Assembly (NCBI GenBank): GCA_022729735.1
Contig: DZAY01000011.1
Location: forward strand, 5,066-69,065
Origin: Helicobacter cetorum
Lineage (GTDB): Bacteria; Campylobacterota; Campylobacteria; Campylobacterales; DZAY01
Length of the DNA: 64,000 bases
Direction of reading: 5' to 3'
Positions 61,833-64,000 of this stretch are shown in pieces. The notes beneath the pieces were generated by a model that was not told the DNA's origin, searched no databases, and saw only the letters and a program-made list of their open reading frames with translations. The first letter of the stretch is position 1. The number at the start of each line of letters is the position of its first letter. Position numbers and translations under genes: made by a program.

Positions 61833-62861
61833 TTAATTATTTACTAAATTTATTAAAGTAGTTATATTTAAATCTTTCGCACTATACACACCATTTTTAT
61901 TTTGCAAATATTCAAAAGAGTTATAAACTTCATCAGCAACAAATATATAAACATTATGATTTCTAATTGCATTAACTTTTTCTTCAGTTAAATCAATTCC
62001 TAAAGTTATCTCAATCATAACATCAATTTTTGTCATTTGTGCAGTTTTTATAAACTGTTTATATCGTTCTCTTAATGTTCTTTTTGCACCTATTCCATAA
62101 GTTTTATTATTTAATTCAAAAAAGAAATCAAATTCAGTTGAACTATCGTTTTTATCATGTGTTTTTGATATTTTGTTTTCATCTATTCCAATAGATTTTA
62201 AAACTGATAAAATTCTATCTTCATAATTGCTACCACTATCACTTGTTATTGACTGATTTATGCTTTCACTAAACATAAGCATAAAAATTTGATTTGGCTC
62301 AACTCCTGAATTTTTTAATTTTATTGCATCTTTAGATAACTCTTTAAAAAAATCTGTCGTATCACTTGATAAAAAAACTGTATCTTTGCTTTCTAACTTG
62401 TCAAAAAATATCAGAGATAATAATGCCCCACTTACTCTAGTAGAATATGGTGTAAAGGTTGTAATTTTGTCATAAGCTAATGAAAGAGGATTAAGTAATG
62501 GTAGTTTTGAAGTGTCTAACAAATCTCTAGTTTTTGCTTCTTGCAATAATAGAGGTTTTATTGCTATAAGTTTTAATGAAAAAATAAAAAGTTCTATATC
62601 TAAATCAGTTTCTAATAAATCTAAAATATCATTTAAAAATTCAATCTTTTTTAATCCTGATTTTGTTTTTCCAAAATAGTTTTCATAATTGCTTATTAAA
62701 GCTTTTTTTAATGAAATATCTCTATTTAAAGAGTAAAGTTCTAAAATCTTTTTTATATCTTTATCATTTACAGATGATTTTAAAAGATATTTTAAAATAA
62801 AATAAAATTTTAAATTTATATCAAATATAGTTTTATCTATTTTTATTTTTTCAATTCCCAT
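61833..62861 (-). CDS. Candidate type II restriction endonuclease
   Basis: It lies 10 nt downstream of the m5C methyltransferase on the same strand. The C-terminal segment EFDFFFELNNKTYGIGAKRTLRERYKQ resembles the PD-(D/E)xK ...K-T-L-RER-W-KQ block seen in several type II REases. Confidence 0.55.
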   Translation of the reverse strand: MGIEKIKIDKTIFDINLKFYFILKYLLKSSVNDKDIKKILELYSLNRDISLKKALISNYENYFGKTKSGLKKIEFLNDILDLLETDLDIELFIFSLKLIAIKPLLLQEAKTRDLLDTSKLPLLNPLSLAYDKITTFTPYSTRVSGALLSLIFFDKLESKDTVFLSSDTTDFFKELSKDAIKLKNSGVEPNQIFMLMFSESINQSITSDSGSNYEDRILSVLKSIGIDENKISKTHDKNDSSTEFDFFFELNNKTYGIGAKRTLRERYKQFIKTAQMTKIDVMIEITLGIDLTEEKVNAIRNHNVYIFVADEVYNSFEYLQNKNGVYSAKDLNITTLINLVNN

Positions 62862-62871
62862 TTATCAATCC

Positions 62872-63792
62872 TTATAAAATATATTTTTTAATCTCTTTTG
62901 AAATTGCCTCAATTACTGGAACACAAACACTATTTCCAAACTGTTTATAAGCTTGAACATCACTAACTACAATTTTAAAATTTTCATCAAATCCTTGCAA
63001 TTTTTTAGCCTCTTTTGGTGTTAATCTTCTTGGATTTTTATCTTTTTGCTCTATTAAAATTTCAGAACCATCTTTATAATATCTTGCACTAATTGTACTT
63101 GTATAATTTGAATTATTGTTAAATATTGAGTAACCAAAACCATTTCCTTTTGCTTTATGTTCTTTTTTTCTTCTTTGATGTCCTATCCAAATCTTATCTG
63201 AAATAGTATATTTTTCATCTACATTATCTTCTAAAATATCACCGACTTTTACAATATTTCCTAAAGGTTTTGGAAATTCAAACTTAATATTATGATTTAA
63301 AAATCCAATAATATAAATTCTCTCTCTATTTTGAGGAACTCCAAAATCTTTAGCATTTAAAACTTCAGCAAAAACTTTGTAACCAAGCTCTTCTAATGTT
63401 TCTTTAACTATTTTAAAAGTATTACCTTTATCATGATTTACAAATCCTTTAACATTTTCTAAAAATATAATTTTTGGTTTATGATATTTAGCAATTCTTG
63501 CTACTTCAAAAAAAAGAGTTCCTCTTGTGTCTTCAAATCCTAATCTTTTCCCAGCAATAGAAAATGCTTGACAAGGAAAACCAGCTAAAAGAATATCATG
63601 ATTTGGAATATCTAATTCGCTAATTTTTGTTATATCATCATGCGGCTCTTCTCCAAAATTAGCTAAATATGTTTGTTTTGCAAACTTATCTATTTCAGAG
63701 CTAAACACAAACTCTATATTTTCTTTAAAAGTATTAGCAAATCCTAATCTTATACCACCAATTCCAGCAAAAAGGTCTATCGCTTTTATCAT
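62872..63792 (-). CDS. DNA (cytosine-5)-methyltransferase
   Basis: All core motifs are present: I DLFAGIGG, IV GFPCQAFS, VI ENVKG, VIII QNRERIYIIG, and X GNSVCVPV. Confidence 0.9.
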   Translation of the reverse strand: MIKAIDLFAGIGGIRLGFANTFKENIEFVFSSEIDKFAKQTYLANFGEEPHDDITKISELDIPNHDILLAGFPCQAFSIAGKRLGFEDTRGTLFFEVARIAKYHKPKIIFLENVKGFVNHDKGNTFKIVKETLEELGYKVFAEVLNAKDFGVPQNRERIYIIGFLNHNIKFEFPKPLGNIVKVGDILEDNVDEKYTISDKIWIGHQRRKKEHKAKGNGFGYSIFNNNSNYTSTISARYYKDGSEILIEQKDKNPRRLTPKEAKKLQGFDENFKIVVSDVQAYKQFGNSVCVPVIEAISKEIKKYIL

Positions 63793-63813
63793 TGATTTTC
63801 CTTTGAATTTAAT

Positions 63814-64000
63814 TTAGGCAACTAATTTTTTATACTCTATAACTTCAAAAATTCTTCTTTTTTCCTTAGCTTCCAAAACAATATCTTCAATCTCTTTTGA
63901 TACTTCATCACTAATCCATTCAGCTCCACAAAGAGAACAAACAGTAGCAGGAACATCTCTAATAACTACAATAATATCTTTTAAATCTGCTGTAAATGTA
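63814..64000 (-). CDS. YgiT-type zinc-finger / MqsA-family antitoxin-like protein, C-terminal part (5' end beyond the window)
   Basis: The minus-strand frame reads TFTADLKDIIVVIRDVPATVCSLCGAEWISDEVSKEIEDIVLEAKEKRRIFEVIEYKKLVA*. This is the typical second CxxC and tail of YgiT zinc-finger proteins. It is not in the ORF track because the start is off-window. Confidence 0.6.
   Translation of the reverse strand, partial: TFTADLKDIIVVIRDVPATVCSLCGAEWISDEVSKEIEDIVLEAKEKRRIFEVIEYKKLVA

Overview
This is a very AT-rich bacterial chromosome segment. Gene content and synteny look like Campylobacterota, probably Arcobacter/Aliarcobacter-like; that assignment is inference from rppH-lysC-hobA, fliW, a putative 6S RNA upstream of purD, and many sensor kinase/GGDEF genes. 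Most of the window is housekeeping: rpiB, apt, trpB, pepA, nusA, lysC, hemW, coaX, hisG, nth, proC, dnaB, tRNA-Phe, murD, efp, purD, lptD, pnp, psd, rdgB, cysE, speA and hisS. Four regions stand out. (1) At 47.9-57.4 kb, rfbB and wecE are followed by seven tightly coupled genes: WbqC-like, radical SAM/SPASM, formyltransferase, M20 hydrolase, ArnC/GtrB-type GT2, methyltransferase, and a large polytopic GT-C-like membrane protein. I read this as an undescribed Arn/Gtr-like periplasmic glycoconjugate-modification pathway built on a dTDP-4-amino-4,6-dideoxyhexose. A decayed nucleotidyltransferase relic sits at its left junction. (2) At 24.3-33.4 kb there is a c-di-GMP and two-component cluster. 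It includes an HD-GYP protein, two REC-GGDEF proteins, and a hybrid kinase split by a single-base frameshift. (3) At 38.74-38.93 kb, upstream of purD, there is a GC-enriched structured candidate ncRNA, probably 6S. (4) At the right edge, after hisS, there is a type II m5C restriction-modification pair plus a YgiT/MqsA-type zinc-finger antitoxin fragment. I saw no CRISPR array, rRNA, transposase or integrase.
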